From Trypanosoma brucei (taxonomy: Eukaryota): a DNA stretch of 64,000 nucleotides. Both the position numbers and the translations under genes were made by a program. The stretch lies in NCBI GenBank assembly GCA_000002445.1, contig CH464491.1, forward strand, positions 2,912,001 to 2,976,000, written 5' to 3'. Below the pieces are notes generated by a model. That model was not told where the DNA came from. It did no database searches and saw only the letters and a list, made by a program, of their open reading frames with translations. Below are positions 32,401 to 42,033 of this stretch, piece after piece. How positions within the stretch are numbered: position 1 is the first letter of the stretch; every line of letters starts with the position of its first letter.

Positions 32401-35400
32401 ATCTCTTTACAGCCTTAATTAAATGCAATAACGTTCAGCTTATGCCCGACCCACGATGTGAGGCAAAGCTCCAACATGACTCCAAAGTTTTCAAAGAGCG
32501 CAACGAACTTTGTGGCATCCTGTTTGCCTTCTCTTTTGTATGGTCAATTGGTGGGAACGTGGATGTGGCTTCAATGGACCTGTTTGACACATTTGTTCGT
32601 AATTTATTGGAGTCAGTGGTTCGCTTCCCTAATAGTGGTTCTGTATACGATTACACTATTGACTACGGCACGCGACTCTTTGTGCCTTGGGAAAGTCGTA
32701 TGGTGGAGTTTAAGTACGACCCGAAGATTCCCTTCTTTGATATACTCGTTCCCACTGTGGACACCATGCGGTACAGCGCGATCGCAAACACATTGATTCA
32801 ATATGGCAAGCCGCTACTCTTCAACGGCCAGACAGGTGTCGGCAAAACCGTGATCCTTATGGATCACCTCAGCCGCCATAAGGAAGAGCTGATGTTGTCA
32901 GTTATCGTTTTCCAGTTCTCCGCCCAGACATCGTCTGAACGAACGCAGGAACTGATTGAGTCGAAGTTGAAACAGAAGCGCAAGAACATCCTTGGTGCTC
33001 CTCCTGGACGGAAAGTAGTACTTTTCATTGATGACCTCAACATGCCAGCACTCGAGACGTTTGGCGCCTCGCCACCCATTGAACTGCTGCGACAGGTAAT
33101 GGGTAATGGAGGTTTTTATGACCGTAAGATAGCCGGTTTCTGGAAACACGTGCAGGATGTGACTGTTGTAGCCGCATGTGGCCCTCCGGAGGGCGGTCGG
33201 AATCCCATCACGGCGCGGCTGACGCGTCTCTTCCATCTACTGCATATACCTACCCTGAGCGATGAGTCCATGAAACGTGTCTTCCACTCAATTTTGCATG
33301 GGTGCTTCCAGGCGAGGAACTTCAGTATGGAAGTACGGGAGATGGCTAAACCACTTGTCGCGGCTAGTGTTGATATATTCAATAAGGTACGTGATGCAAT
33401 GAGGCCCAAGCCAGCTACACCTCACTACACGTTCAACCTGCGTGATCTGGCCAAGGTATTTCAGGGTGTCACGCAGGTGACTCAACGTGTCTGCAAAACA
33501 CGGTTGTCTATCACACGGCTTTGGATTCATGAGATGTTGCGCTGTTTTTTCGATCGCTTGGCAACGAAGGAAGATCGTCAATGTTTTACGGAGGAGCTCA
33601 TGATGGAGACGATGACGCGTCTCGTCCCTGGAAATCACGTGTATGCTGATTACTTCGAGAACAAGCCACTCGTCTGGGGTGATTTTCTGCGCATTGGTGC
33701 ATCAGAGAGAGTATACGAGGAGTTACCGGATGTTAGCAAACTTCCCAGTCTTTTTGAGGAGTATCAGGATGACTATAACACGTTTTTGACTGGAAGTGGT
33801 ATTGGGGCTTCGTCTGGGGGTGGTGGTGAAGAGGACGAAGGCGGCTCGGGAGGAGGGGCGTCGTCGTTGAATCTAGTTTTCTTCAAGGATCACTGTGAGC
33901 ATTTAGTGCGCATCATCAGGATCCTGCGGCAGCCCCGTGGTAACGCGCTGTTGGTGGGTGTTGGTGGCTCTGGCAAGCGGTCGCTAACACGACTTGCTGC
34001 GTATATTGCTGGACGGCAAACAGTTGAGATTTCCGTTGGAAAGGGTTACTCTATGAATGAATTTCATGAGTTCCTTCTTGAGCTGTATACTACCACCGGT
34101 GTGAATTGCAAGCCTACGGTGTTTCTGCTCTCCGACAACCAAATCGTACACGAGGGAATGCTGGAGGACGTGAACAGTATGCTAAACTCGGGCGAGGTTC
34201 CGTCACTTTTCACGGCTGAAGAGCGCGAGAAACGTGTCAATGCATGTCTGGAAGCTGCGCAACAGCGCGGTTTCGTAGATCGGGACGACGTCTACAACTT
34301 TTTCATTTCACGTGTCCGGGACAACACGCACATCGTCCTTTGCATGAGCCCCGTTGGAGACACATTCCGTGCCCGTTGCCGCCAGTTCCCATCTCTCACT
34401 AATTGCTGCGCCATAGATTGGTTTGATGAATGGCCGCACGAGGCGCTTCTTGGTGTGGCACAACAACTGTTTGACGACGAAGAAGATGGCATCTCGAACG
34501 AACTTCTACCCGTATTGGCCCCACTCTGTGTAGATATTCATACGGCAGTGATTGAGGTGGCGCACGAGTACTGGGAGGAATTGCGACGGCGCTACTACAT
34601 TACTCCCACCTCATATTTGGAGTTCATTGATTTTTACAAGGATCTGTACACCACACAACGCAAGTTATTGGAGGAACAGCTTTCTCGTGTTATCAACGGA
34701 AAGGAGAAGATGAAGGAGACCGACGAGACAATTGCCAAAATGCGCGTCGAGATTGAGACAAAAAGACCGCTGCTGGAGAAGGCGTCAAAGGAGACTGAAG
34801 AGGTCGTTGCTGATCTATCTGTGAGGCAGGCGCGGGCAAGTGAGGTGCAGGTTCAAGTGCGCGCCCAGCAGGACAGTGCTGCTGACCAGCAGAGGCATGC
34901 CTCGAAAATCGCTAACGAAGCTAATGCTCGTCTTGCCGAGGCCAAGCCTATCATTGACAGGGCTAAGGCTGCGCTAGACACCATTCAGGCCAGCGACTTA
35001 AATGAGCTGCGCTCCTTTGCGAACCCACCTTCAGCAGTTCTGAAGACGGCACAGGCTTGCATGGTGATGTTTGATCCGAAAGACTTCGGTGGTGCATGGT
35101 CGGGAAACACCGACTGGAAAGGCGCACGCGAATTTTTGTCGTACCGTCAGCTCCTCGATATGATTCGCAGCTATCCCACAGACAACGTGAAACCAGCTAT
35201 CTTGCAGAAAATGCAGAAGTACGTAAACGATGAGGAATTCACAGCAGAGATATGCTCCCAGAAGGGTTCTCAGACTTGCGGAAATCTTTGTTTGTGGGTG
35301 CATGCTGTAAATGAGTACTCCAAGGTTGTGAAGGAGGTGGCGCCCATGCGTGAAGCCGCGGCGGAAGCGGAGAGGCATCTTTCCGAAACGAACGCGAAAC

Positions 35401-38400
35401 TTCTATCTGCTCAGGAGACGCTTCGGGGCGTTGAACAAGAACTCGTGGAGCTGCAAAAGAACTACGAGAAGTCCCTCAAGCGGAAAAATGATCTGGAAGA
35501 AGGTTTGAAGGTGTGCATCAGGCGACTTGAGAATGCGGAGAGCCTGTCTAATTCTCTGAAGAGTGAGGGCGCCCGGTGGGAAGAGAACATTAATCAACTG
35601 AAGAAGCGCTTGGAAGCCTTACCGTTACAGATGTTTATGGCGAGCGCATGTGCCGCCTACTTTGGTGTTTTTACTCCACGTTTCCGTAAGCGTCTGGTTC
35701 GCATTTGGGTGGAAAAACTGGCACAGCGCGGCTTCGATGCTGCGGACTTTAGCTTGCCCAACACTTTGGGTGATCCCATGGATATTCTAACTTGGCAAAT
35801 TAATGGTCTTCCCACAGACGAGAGCTCAACGGAGAATGCTATAATTGCGTCTCTCTCAACGGCACCACGGCGCTGGCCGCTTTTCATTGATCCACAAGAA
35901 CAGGGTGTGAAGTGGCTACTGCAGCAGTACGCCACACCGGGGACTGGAGGAGGGGGAGGAGGAACAAGTCCTAGCGGTGTGCTGGGTAGTGGTGGTGCAA
36001 AGGGTTTGGCAAAACCCGTGCCCTCTGTCAAGGTAATCAAACTAACCGAACCAACCTGGATGCGTACTTTAGAAACACAAATTCGCCTTGGTGGCATCGT
36101 TATTTTGGATGATGTTGGAGAGACGCTTGACCCCGCATTGGACCCACTGCTTTCGCGGCGTATTTTCGCGTCAGAGGGTGGCGTCCCACAGATTCGACTG
36201 ACACCCAACACTGGCCCCATTGACTACAATCCAAATTTCCGATTCTTTATTTGCACAAAGTTTCCGAACCCGCATTACTTGCCAGATATCAGCACTCGCG
36301 TCGCGCTACTCAATTTCACCGTTACCATTGACGGCTTGGAGGACCAGTTGCTTGGAGAGGTGGTTGCTATAGAGAAGCGTGAGTTGGAGGAGGAGAAGAA
36401 TCACATCATTCAAAGCATTTCACTTGGGCAAAAGAAGCTGAAGATTATTGAAGAGACTATCCTTGGGAAATTGAAGTCTACTCAGGGTAATATTCTTGAC
36501 GACAGTGATCTTATAGCAGAGCTTAAATCTGCCCAGTCCAATGCGAAGGTCCTCAGTGAAAATCAGAAGGAGGCCAACGAAAAAATGACAATCATCACAT
36601 CGACGCGTGACCGTTACCGCGACGTCGCTGCCCGTGCCTCAGTGCTGTTCTTCGTGCTGGCAGATATTTCCCGCATTGATCCTATGTACCAATATTCGTT
36701 GCAGTTCTTTGTGAAACTTGTGCAAAATGAGGTGCGTGTTACAGGGAAACCGGATGACTTTTCGGAGGAGGACCCAGTGGTACTGCAAGCACACCTTGAA
36801 AAAATTGTTTCGAGGTTAACTGTAGCCACGTACGAGCAGGTGTGCCGTGGTCTTTTCAACAAGGACAAGATCATTTTGTCGCTTCTCATATGTACTGCTA
36901 TTGAGCGGCACGGCAGGAGACTACCAGATGACGAGTGGCAGTATTTGGTTCGTGCGTCTGCCTTTGTACCCAATGAACTGCCACCATTACCCGAGGAATT
37001 GTCATATCTCACCAGGCAACAATGGGAACTTGCCAACGCTCTCTTCGTCCATGTCCATTGCTTCAGTGAACTTGGCAAAGACCTCCTTGAAAATGGTGAG
37101 TTATGGAAAAATTTTATTTTGTCCGAGTCACCGCAAGGGGCAGAACTCCCTGGAAAATGGGGGCAGACGCTTAATCCTTTCCGCCGCATCTTGCTTATCC
37201 GTTGCTTCCGTGAAGAGAAGCTTTTCTTCTCCGTGATAGATTACGTGAGCAAGGCAATGGGCCAAAGATTTGTAGAGCCTCCACCGTTCAACCTGGAGGT
37301 GGCACTTGCTGATAGTTCCCCGACAGTACCGATAGTGTTTATCTTATCTCAGGGAGCCGACCCCATGGGTGCCCTTCAGGCGTTTGCACAAAGCCAGGAG
37401 CAGAAACTGCAGTATGTTTCGTTAGGTCAGGGTCAAGGGGAGAACGCAAAGAGGCTAATTGCGTCGTGCAAAAAGGAAGGTGATTGGGCCCTTCTGCAAA
37501 ACTGTCACTTGTCCAAAACGTTCATGCCCGAGTTGGAGCAGCAGGTGGCTCTTCTACTCCAATCAGGAGATACACTCCACCCCAACTTCCGTCTGTGGTT
37601 GACTTCGATGCCGACGGATTTCTTCCCTGTGTTTGTGCTTCAAAACAGCGTTAAGCTGACAAATGAACCCCCAACCGGCCTCAAAGCGAATATGGTTCGG
37701 TGCTTTGGTGAAATTACGGAGGAGGAGTTCAACGTTTTCAGCGAAGGCCAAACAATGGGTGAGTTCTCCAAAGATTTTGCCTTCAAAAAGTTGTTGTATG
37801 GTCTTTGTTTCTTCCACTCGGTTGTGTTGGAGCGCCGCAAGTTCGGTCCACTCGGGTGGAACGTGAAGTATGAATGGAACGACACCGATTTCCATGTGTC
37901 GAAGCAATGGCTGCGGCTCTTCTTTGAAGAACAGGACGTTATCCCGTGGGAGTCACTCGAGTATATTATTGGGCAGATCAATTACGGGGGTCGTGTGACT
38001 GATCCTCTTGACCGCGGTACGTTGCAGACCATTCTTCGACGATACATTTGCCCTGGCATCATGCAGGCCGATTTCAAGTTTAGCCCAAGCGGTCTGTATT
38101 ACGCTCCTGATGCGGTTAGACTTGAGGGTTTCATGGATCACATCCAAAAAATGTCCTTGGTAGACGAGCCGGAGGTGTTCGGCATGCACACGAATGCGAA
38201 CCTACGTTATCAGCTGCAGGTCTCGCAGTATTTACTGAACACCGTCACCTCCATCCAACCGCGGTTGGTAGGTGGGGGTGGTGCACATAAGGGTGATGGC
38301 GATGGGGGTAATGCTTTAACACCTGAAGAGGAAGTGAAGCGGAAATGTGAAGAATTTGAGGCCACATTACCGGAAATTCTCACACGTGAGGAGGCTGGCC

Positions 38401-39179
38401 CACGGAGCTTTACGACACTAGAAAGTGGACTGCCTAACTCCATGTCCACTGTTCTGACGCACGAGCTAGTGAAGTACAACAAGTTAATTCAAACGATGCG
38501 GAAGTCGCTGCACGATCTTCAGAAGGCACTGCAGGGTCTAACCGTTCTTTCAACGGATCTGGACGCTATGCATGAATCGTTCCTCACGGACCGAGTTCCA
38601 CAACTGTGGAGCGCTGTGGGTTACGTCTCCCTGAAACCTTTAGGTGCTTGGTACCGTGACTTTTTAGCGCGCGTCGATTTTATCCGTACGTGGTTGCGGA
38701 AGGGTGAACCCAATAGCTTCTGGATTGGTGGCCTCTTTAACCCAAGTGCGTTCATGACCGGTGTCTTTCAAGCCTTTTCTCGCGCCGAAGGGGTATCAGT
38801 CGACAAGTTGGGATTTCGGTTCGAAGTTATTAGCAGGGAACCCTCTGAAATTGATGAGGGACCTCTACGTGGTTGCTATGTTCACGGCATTCACACCGAC
38901 TCCTGGAGGTGGGATGCGGCAAGCGGCGTCATGACGGACTCATTGCCTGGGGAGCCGTACGCAACACTGCCAGTTGTTCACTTCTTGCCGGAACCTCACC
39001 ACCGCACGGGGGAGGGATGGCAGCGTATACCACTTTATCGAACGGTGATTCGCGCGGGTGTCATATCGTCTCTCGGTGCAAGCTCAAACTATGTCCTTTC
39101 AATTGAAGTGCCTACTGACAAGGAAACGGACTACTGGCAACTTATGGGGGCAGCTTGTGTGTGCGCTCTCGCTGTTTAG
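26451..39179 (+). CDS. Dynein heavy chain (axonemal-type size, ~4,243 aa)
   Basis: The track start at 26424 is GTG; the first ATG is at 26451. Four P-loops in canonical order and spacing: AAA1 'GPAGTGKTET' (~30901), AAA2 'GVTGTGKTE' (~31756), AAA3 'GQTGVGKT' (~32830) and AAA4 'GVGGSGKRS' (~33960). Then a long coiled-coil stalk (~34650-35600) and a C-terminal domain. The ~1,480-aa tail and overall length fit an axonemal rather than a cytoplasmic DHC. Confidence 0.9.
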   Translation: MGTGADDGKAGRHQPMPQVQKKEIVHRNPNHVARDVFDLRGTSNPLAMQLYSDGISSGPLLGIPNRLVRDLQPLSTNARKRCHSDAAFSHHSGDGAGHDGRTTKHGTLQLYRPPVCGEEELKEHFAAVALEGKEVRVPTKRHRSRPGRLDPLKGTLQSSTSGSPSYGENEGNEGREGQKNIGDANNSAPNENVGPIPRFTKLRSNAPNEFTYLVMRPRGIRSPYNPYDLQVVSHRDVDPSHYYTVSAAGVTKFSGHEAEFIELHTWERDCRVFNQLRELDVFREYKKWKSFLLWRGLVRNHAMSNCKTFLTKNLFHVHPQLSAALQTVQRICLNFVNSSRIHPPATETRTLEALCATLAAHLNFQRNRLDKMIKNIRDTVERAAKAAMLAAQIERESISALHAEDEKKKKKLIDVRELGTQQKPTYIEMSQKKAVCQRITAFIRLCDYIIVNCLTKLAATAVEDVDRDFQYPRPDKQQDSVTSPLNKNSWRGKRQEGHKAEAPKPTGPFTGPILSLNVVYREDSQSIEITPSLAHITECVEDVVEDYIKTLSAVPRLLTMDAFKVFTENAAHDSQKEVLSGPAVGEMIVSEEAYKQHMTSVRYGITRAFGDVEEYVNSFQCFRDMYVENSSLDADSIQKRTQNLEFFRERLALYKSQSDAISTKIPSSKDVALFTVYTEELRDFFTPSPVVCLETFHRLLPVIAHQQNELLLADLQSCNTYLAAQPKTVEHYVEYLAYNKALEARFDTLAASYDFVREFFTLLQDEKVEIEEDLEETYRSGTRPQFEKLRTQMQIVEDAKDSQQRYFIRNVDEQLDELRRSIEDVYNRAGQPVIADANADMDEVIHFITDLQAEAERIAAREKKLRQYQIAIGAEETVVETMSDMLNDVNIKARLWVGMREWDEFVESYGPIPFDQLNVQEVQETVQKYVMTVKQVSTKLPGNSAVNKLKSKVEAWRILLPILQALTNPKMKLEHITKVSNAVGPLKDDNGVSKTIADWNNQFTLGMLHSNEVVKFKDEIVAISAAATEEDKLQQQIDKVNALWNGGGPKPPVEFQFHNHKELKDVYVLVGSSVEDVMALLDDSVIAMSSIGSSRCCQGVLRAQVDRWENRLRYMQETLDRWVELQRHWIYLENIFSSAEIRSQWKDDAKRFEKVDRFYRDLMRKAHDMPTAYRGLLINAPVETGEQQNTKTLKYDLEGNIKELEKVLASLERKLEEKRCAFPRFYFLSNDDMLDIFAKVKSPELIMPHMLKMFDGIKTLSFTETNDITHLVSMEGERVELVNKSIKARGPVEVWIDMLEREMFSTLRKHANTCLTDYEQRGDRESWMFQHAVQLVLIMEQLLWTRGVEEALTSENPAEAMSRFKEANYKALESLAGLTARKLSKVQRILLSTLITIDVHGRDLVDEMYESNVLDVKEFGWTKQLRVYWEQDTDGYGNCFIRQNNSRFVYGYEYLGAQGRLVITPLTDRIYMTVTGALKLQLGAAPAGPAGTGKTETVKDLAKNLARQCIVYNCSDGVTYKMMEKFFSGLIQTGAWTCLDEFNRINIEVLSVIASQLFEIKLALQNGLETFTFQGTPNVRVRPTYGAFVTMNPGYAGRTELPDNLKILFRPVAVMTPDFRMIAEVILYSEGFKNAKDLSLKITQLYKLSSEQLSPQDHYDFGMRALKSILVMAGDLKRSQPDVEEDLTLIVACNDSNVPKFVAEDLPLFRGIMQDLFPGVHFPERQYEELLPAMQKSIDGNKLVALDTWVTKGIQFYETLIVRHGVMLVGVTGTGKTEIRTCISEALTSMSEAESSNPMARPVHQFIMNPKSVMMHELYGLLDVNTNEWRDGVLSVIAKNCVRESEVNKDHRWIVFDGPVDTLWVESLNSVLDDSKLLCLDSGERIKLPDTIHMLFEVADLAVASPATVSRCGMVYLDTTDLHWSAVVRHWSESKLAEAGGEPQCREFIVSLFDAHVQKGLDWLAMQKVLISGGMVNVVQSMCDLFTALIKCNNVQLMPDPRCEAKLQHDSKVFKERNELCGILFAFSFVWSIGGNVDVASMDLFDTFVRNLLESVVRFPNSGSVYDYTIDYGTRLFVPWESRMVEFKYDPKIPFFDILVPTVDTMRYSAIANTLIQYGKPLLFNGQTGVGKTVILMDHLSRHKEELMLSVIVFQFSAQTSSERTQELIESKLKQKRKNILGAPPGRKVVLFIDDLNMPALETFGASPPIELLRQVMGNGGFYDRKIAGFWKHVQDVTVVAACGPPEGGRNPITARLTRLFHLLHIPTLSDESMKRVFHSILHGCFQARNFSMEVREMAKPLVAASVDIFNKVRDAMRPKPATPHYTFNLRDLAKVFQGVTQVTQRVCKTRLSITRLWIHEMLRCFFDRLATKEDRQCFTEELMMETMTRLVPGNHVYADYFENKPLVWGDFLRIGASERVYEELPDVSKLPSLFEEYQDDYNTFLTGSGIGASSGGGGEEDEGGSGGGASSLNLVFFKDHCEHLVRIIRILRQPRGNALLVGVGGSGKRSLTRLAAYIAGRQTVEISVGKGYSMNEFHEFLLELYTTTGVNCKPTVFLLSDNQIVHEGMLEDVNSMLNSGEVPSLFTAEEREKRVNACLEAAQQRGFVDRDDVYNFFISRVRDNTHIVLCMSPVGDTFRARCRQFPSLTNCCAIDWFDEWPHEALLGVAQQLFDDEEDGISNELLPVLAPLCVDIHTAVIEVAHEYWEELRRRYYITPTSYLEFIDFYKDLYTTQRKLLEEQLSRVINGKEKMKETDETIAKMRVEIETKRPLLEKASKETEEVVADLSVRQARASEVQVQVRAQQDSAADQQRHASKIANEANARLAEAKPIIDRAKAALDTIQASDLNELRSFANPPSAVLKTAQACMVMFDPKDFGGAWSGNTDWKGAREFLSYRQLLDMIRSYPTDNVKPAILQKMQKYVNDEEFTAEICSQKGSQTCGNLCLWVHAVNEYSKVVKEVAPMREAAAEAERHLSETNAKLLSAQETLRGVEQELVELQKNYEKSLKRKNDLEEGLKVCIRRLENAESLSNSLKSEGARWEENINQLKKRLEALPLQMFMASACAAYFGVFTPRFRKRLVRIWVEKLAQRGFDAADFSLPNTLGDPMDILTWQINGLPTDESSTENAIIASLSTAPRRWPLFIDPQEQGVKWLLQQYATPGTGGGGGGTSPSGVLGSGGAKGLAKPVPSVKVIKLTEPTWMRTLETQIRLGGIVILDDVGETLDPALDPLLSRRIFASEGGVPQIRLTPNTGPIDYNPNFRFFICTKFPNPHYLPDISTRVALLNFTVTIDGLEDQLLGEVVAIEKRELEEEKNHIIQSISLGQKKLKIIEETILGKLKSTQGNILDDSDLIAELKSAQSNAKVLSENQKEANEKMTIITSTRDRYRDVAARASVLFFVLADISRIDPMYQYSLQFFVKLVQNEVRVTGKPDDFSEEDPVVLQAHLEKIVSRLTVATYEQVCRGLFNKDKIILSLLICTAIERHGRRLPDDEWQYLVRASAFVPNELPPLPEELSYLTRQQWELANALFVHVHCFSELGKDLLENGELWKNFILSESPQGAELPGKWGQTLNPFRRILLIRCFREEKLFFSVIDYVSKAMGQRFVEPPPFNLEVALADSSPTVPIVFILSQGADPMGALQAFAQSQEQKLQYVSLGQGQGENAKRLIASCKKEGDWALLQNCHLSKTFMPELEQQVALLLQSGDTLHPNFRLWLTSMPTDFFPVFVLQNSVKLTNEPPTGLKANMVRCFGEITEEEFNVFSEGQTMGEFSKDFAFKKLLYGLCFFHSVVLERRKFGPLGWNVKYEWNDTDFHVSKQWLRLFFEEQDVIPWESLEYIIGQINYGGRVTDPLDRGTLQTILRRYICPGIMQADFKFSPSGLYYAPDAVRLEGFMDHIQKMSLVDEPEVFGMHTNANLRYQLQVSQYLLNTVTSIQPRLVGGGGAHKGDGDGGNALTPEEEVKRKCEEFEATLPEILTREEAGPRSFTTLESGLPNSMSTVLTHELVKYNKLIQTMRKSLHDLQKALQGLTVLSTDLDAMHESFLTDRVPQLWSAVGYVSLKPLGAWYRDFLARVDFIRTWLRKGEPNSFWIGGLFNPSAFMTGVFQAFSRAEGVSVDKLGFRFEVISREPSEIDEGPLRGCYVHGIHTDSWRWDAASGVMTDSLPGEPYATLPVVHFLPEPHHRTGEGWQRIPLYRTVIRAGVISSLGASSNYVLSIEVPTDKETDYWQLMGAACVCALAV

Positions 39180-40036
39180 TTGTGCGGGGTGCGCTGCTTT
39201 ATGTCGTGTTTTTTTTTATTTTTTCTGGGTTTTGGCAAAGATAAAGTGCGGCTCAGAATGTTTTTTCTTTTTCGCCGTTATACGTTTAGATTTTTGTGTA
39301 GAATGTATCATTTAAGAGGCACCACTTCAATTTCCCCTTTTGTGAATGTGTGTGGGGTTTGTAATTGACTTCCTCCGGAAGGACTCTTCCCACTCTATAC
39401 AAACTTGAAAAAAGAATAAAACGAAGTAAAGAAACTGTGGAAACCAGATATTACGGGAGTTTGTTCTCCCCCCCTCGCTTCCCCACGAAAATGGCAGCAG
39501 ATTTATCTGATATCTTTATAAGTTATGGAGCACTCTGCATGTAGTTGCTTGCAAATGTATGCGTGGGATGATAATAGCACGCGACGGCGCAAATTAGATG
39601 TACACACTCGTGACTGGAGGCGCCACAGAACCTATGGAGTGAGGCGGTATACCTGTGATTGAGTTTGTATCCCTTTCCTCTCACATTTATTTCCCTTCCT
39701 TTTCATACAGTTCCCTCCCCCAATGCATATGTATCAGTATAGAGGGTTGATGTTTTTACATGTCTTGTTACACGGTGCGCACTGGAACGAAATAGAAAAC
39801 GAACCCGGACACACAAAGAAGGTGACTCTGTGTATCGCTGTTGGGGCAATACCTTTTTGTCTTTCTGTTTCCGAAGTTGCACCCCTCCTAGGAGCATCGG
39901 GGGGAAGTTTTCATGTGTACTGATGAGGAGGAGTTTGAGTGGTTAAATATGGACAGTGATTGCCGTCACAACATTTACTTTCATTTTGTTTCTCACTTTT
40001 GACTATTTTTAGGTCGTCAGTAAGTGAAGGGCAACA

Positions 40037-40606
40037 ATGGTAAAGGCAAACTACATCCGTGCTGGCCGCCTTGTGCGCATCCTTCGTGGTCCCAGGCAGA
40101 ACCGTGTCGGCGTGATAGTCGACATCGTTGACGCCAACCGCGTCTTAGTGGAGAATCCTTGCGAGCAAAAGATGTGGCGTCATGTGCAAAACCTAAAGAA
40201 CGTCGAGCCTCTAAAGTTCTGTGTCTCCATCTCTCGCAACTGCAGCACCAAGGCACTAAAGGAGGCGCTCGAGTCAAAGAAGGTCCTTGAGAAATACGCC
40301 GCCACAAAGTCTGCCGTCCGCATCGCGGCGAAGAAGGCTTTTGCCGAATCAACTGATTTCGAGCGCTACCAGCTGCGTGTTGCCAAGCGGTCTCGCGCCT
40401 ACTGGGCACGCAAGATCTTCGACGATAACGACAAAAAGAACCCCGTCTCGTGGCACAAGGTTGCACTTAAGAAGCTTCTCAAGAACGCTAAGAAAGTGGA
40501 CAGCACGCCGGCTGCCAAAAAGCGCGTTGAAAAGGCCCGTGCAGCCCGCAAGGCCAGACTTGCTGCCGGTAAGTCCAAGACTAAGGTGGCTGCCAGTAAG
40601 AAATAG
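40037..40606 (+). CDS. RPL14: 60S ribosomal protein L14 (eL14)
   Basis: 'MVKANYIRAGRLVRILRGPRQNRVGVIVDIVDANRVLVENP' is the KOW-type eL14 N-terminus, and the tail is Lys/Ala-rich. 189 aa, with a clean ATG. Confidence 0.9.
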   Translation: MVKANYIRAGRLVRILRGPRQNRVGVIVDIVDANRVLVENPCEQKMWRHVQNLKNVEPLKFCVSISRNCSTKALKEALESKKVLEKYAATKSAVRIAAKKAFAESTDFERYQLRVAKRSRAYWARKIFDDNDKKNPVSWHKVALKKLLKNAKKVDSTPAAKKRVEKARAARKARLAAGKSKTKVAASKK

Positions 40607-40927
40607 TTGGGCAAGCTTCTTCACTGACGAAAAATGTTTTGATTTGAGTTGTTCTTTTCTTATTTATTTGACGAATGTGGTTATCCGCCCATCGTTAACA
40701 CTAAGGCCATTCGATAGCCTGTGTTTTTGGAACTACAGGGTGCACTGGCAACAGGGCCGTACGGTGATGGGTGGCACCTCTTATTGCCGTGTATGAATAT
40801 ATGCACATATGTGTGTACCTACGAGCTGTTTCCCTCCTTTCCATTCTTCATCTCCTTTGAGTATAGCCCCGTGTTTTCCCAACTTGTAGAGGAGCCTGTG
40901 GGTAAATAATATACCTACCTAAATTAG

Positions 40928-41566
40928 ATGTACAAGATAGATGGCGACGGCCTGCCTAACGCAGCGTGCGAAACGTTTGACGAGTTGGTGCTGAGGTGGA
41001 TGGACACAGTGCAGGGTCTTTGCAAAGAGGACCGCCTCCGTGTGTTGCGGCGCACACATGAATCCTTGGTGGGGCGGACCGATTCCGACAAAACACGAGC
41101 TGTGGTGAAAGCAGGCGCGGCACTAAGAGCTGCAGAGGCGCTTACGGACCCCCGCATGCTTCGGCAGATAGCCGTTTCTATTTCAAAAGGATGTACCGCT
41201 GCTGCGACGGAGGGGTATTTGGCACCTTGCTGTATGCTAACAATGCGAATTGGGTCTTGTGTGGTGCAGCGGCTCACCTCCGTGGGGGAAATTTCATCAG
41301 CACTTGCTGCGCAGAACATGGCCGCGAGCAAACAGTGGGGCATCGTTAGTGAATCCCAGGCATGGGTACTTGATTGTGGTGAAAGAACCTGTCTTTGCGT
41401 GTGGACAGTGTTTGCAACCGAAGGTGGGGTTGGGAGAGTTACATTTCACGACGAACACCTGTTTGATGCGTGTGCTCGTGTTACCCTCATTGAACGAACG
41501 CTGCTGGTCGATTGCATAGCCGCTGACGATGAGGTACAGACCGTACTGCCGTTGTGCACTTCGTAG
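40928..41566 (+). CDS. Hypothetical protein
   Basis: 212-aa ORF with an ATG start, same strand. Cys-rich, with no recognisable domain. Confidence 0.4.
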   Translation: MYKIDGDGLPNAACETFDELVLRWMDTVQGLCKEDRLRVLRRTHESLVGRTDSDKTRAVVKAGAALRAAEALTDPRMLRQIAVSISKGCTAAATEGYLAPCCMLTMRIGSCVVQRLTSVGEISSALAAQNMAASKQWGIVSESQAWVLDCGERTCLCVWTVFATEGGVGRVTFHDEHLFDACARVTLIERTLLVDCIAADDEVQTVLPLCTS

Positions 41567-41760
41567 GCCTCTTTTTCGACTTTTGCTTCCTCCACCTCCC
41601 GCTTTTCCCACCACCACCTCCTTGCGCAGAACGCTTGCGTGGGGGTTCCACCTCCCTCAAGAGCCATTCGCTACGCCCCTCATTGTCTCAGCAATGCCGT
41701 GCGCGCCGTCCATGTACGTGATGTCACGATTACCACTTAGATATAACCTGTTCTTTGTTG

Positions 41761-41820
41761 CTATTTTTCTTTTTTTTTTTTGCATACTTTTTTTTGTTAA
41801 TTTTCGTTTTATGATTGTTT
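41761..41820 (+). promoter_or_regulatory. Polypyrimidine tract, candidate trans-splicing/polyadenylation signal upstream of cMDH
   Basis: 'ttctttgttgctatttttcttttttttttttgcatacttttttttgttaattttcgtttt'. A U-rich tract ~200 nt upstream of ATG 42034 on the coding strand. Confidence 0.4.
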
Positions 41821-42033
41821 TTGACCCTGTTATCATACCACACTTCCTCACGTTTCTGCCACTGCCACCGCTTGCGTGTGCTTTTGCGCACGTACCAATG
41901 CGTATAACATTTTTGATTAAATGCAACCACGAAAACTTTCCCCCTTTTTTAAATGTCCCACAGGAGAGGCCTGCCTGTGACTTGTCCGTAAAAGAATAAT
42001 CAAATACTGGCATCGTGAGATATATACGAAAAG

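Noticed and set aside
26590-39106. Numerous 60-190-aa minus-strand and alternate-frame ORFs overlapping the dynein heavy chain and other large genes
   Set aside because: They are short, lack domain content, and are embedded antisense in a strongly supported 12.7-kb CDS. They are typical spurious ORFs in roughly 50% GC sequence.
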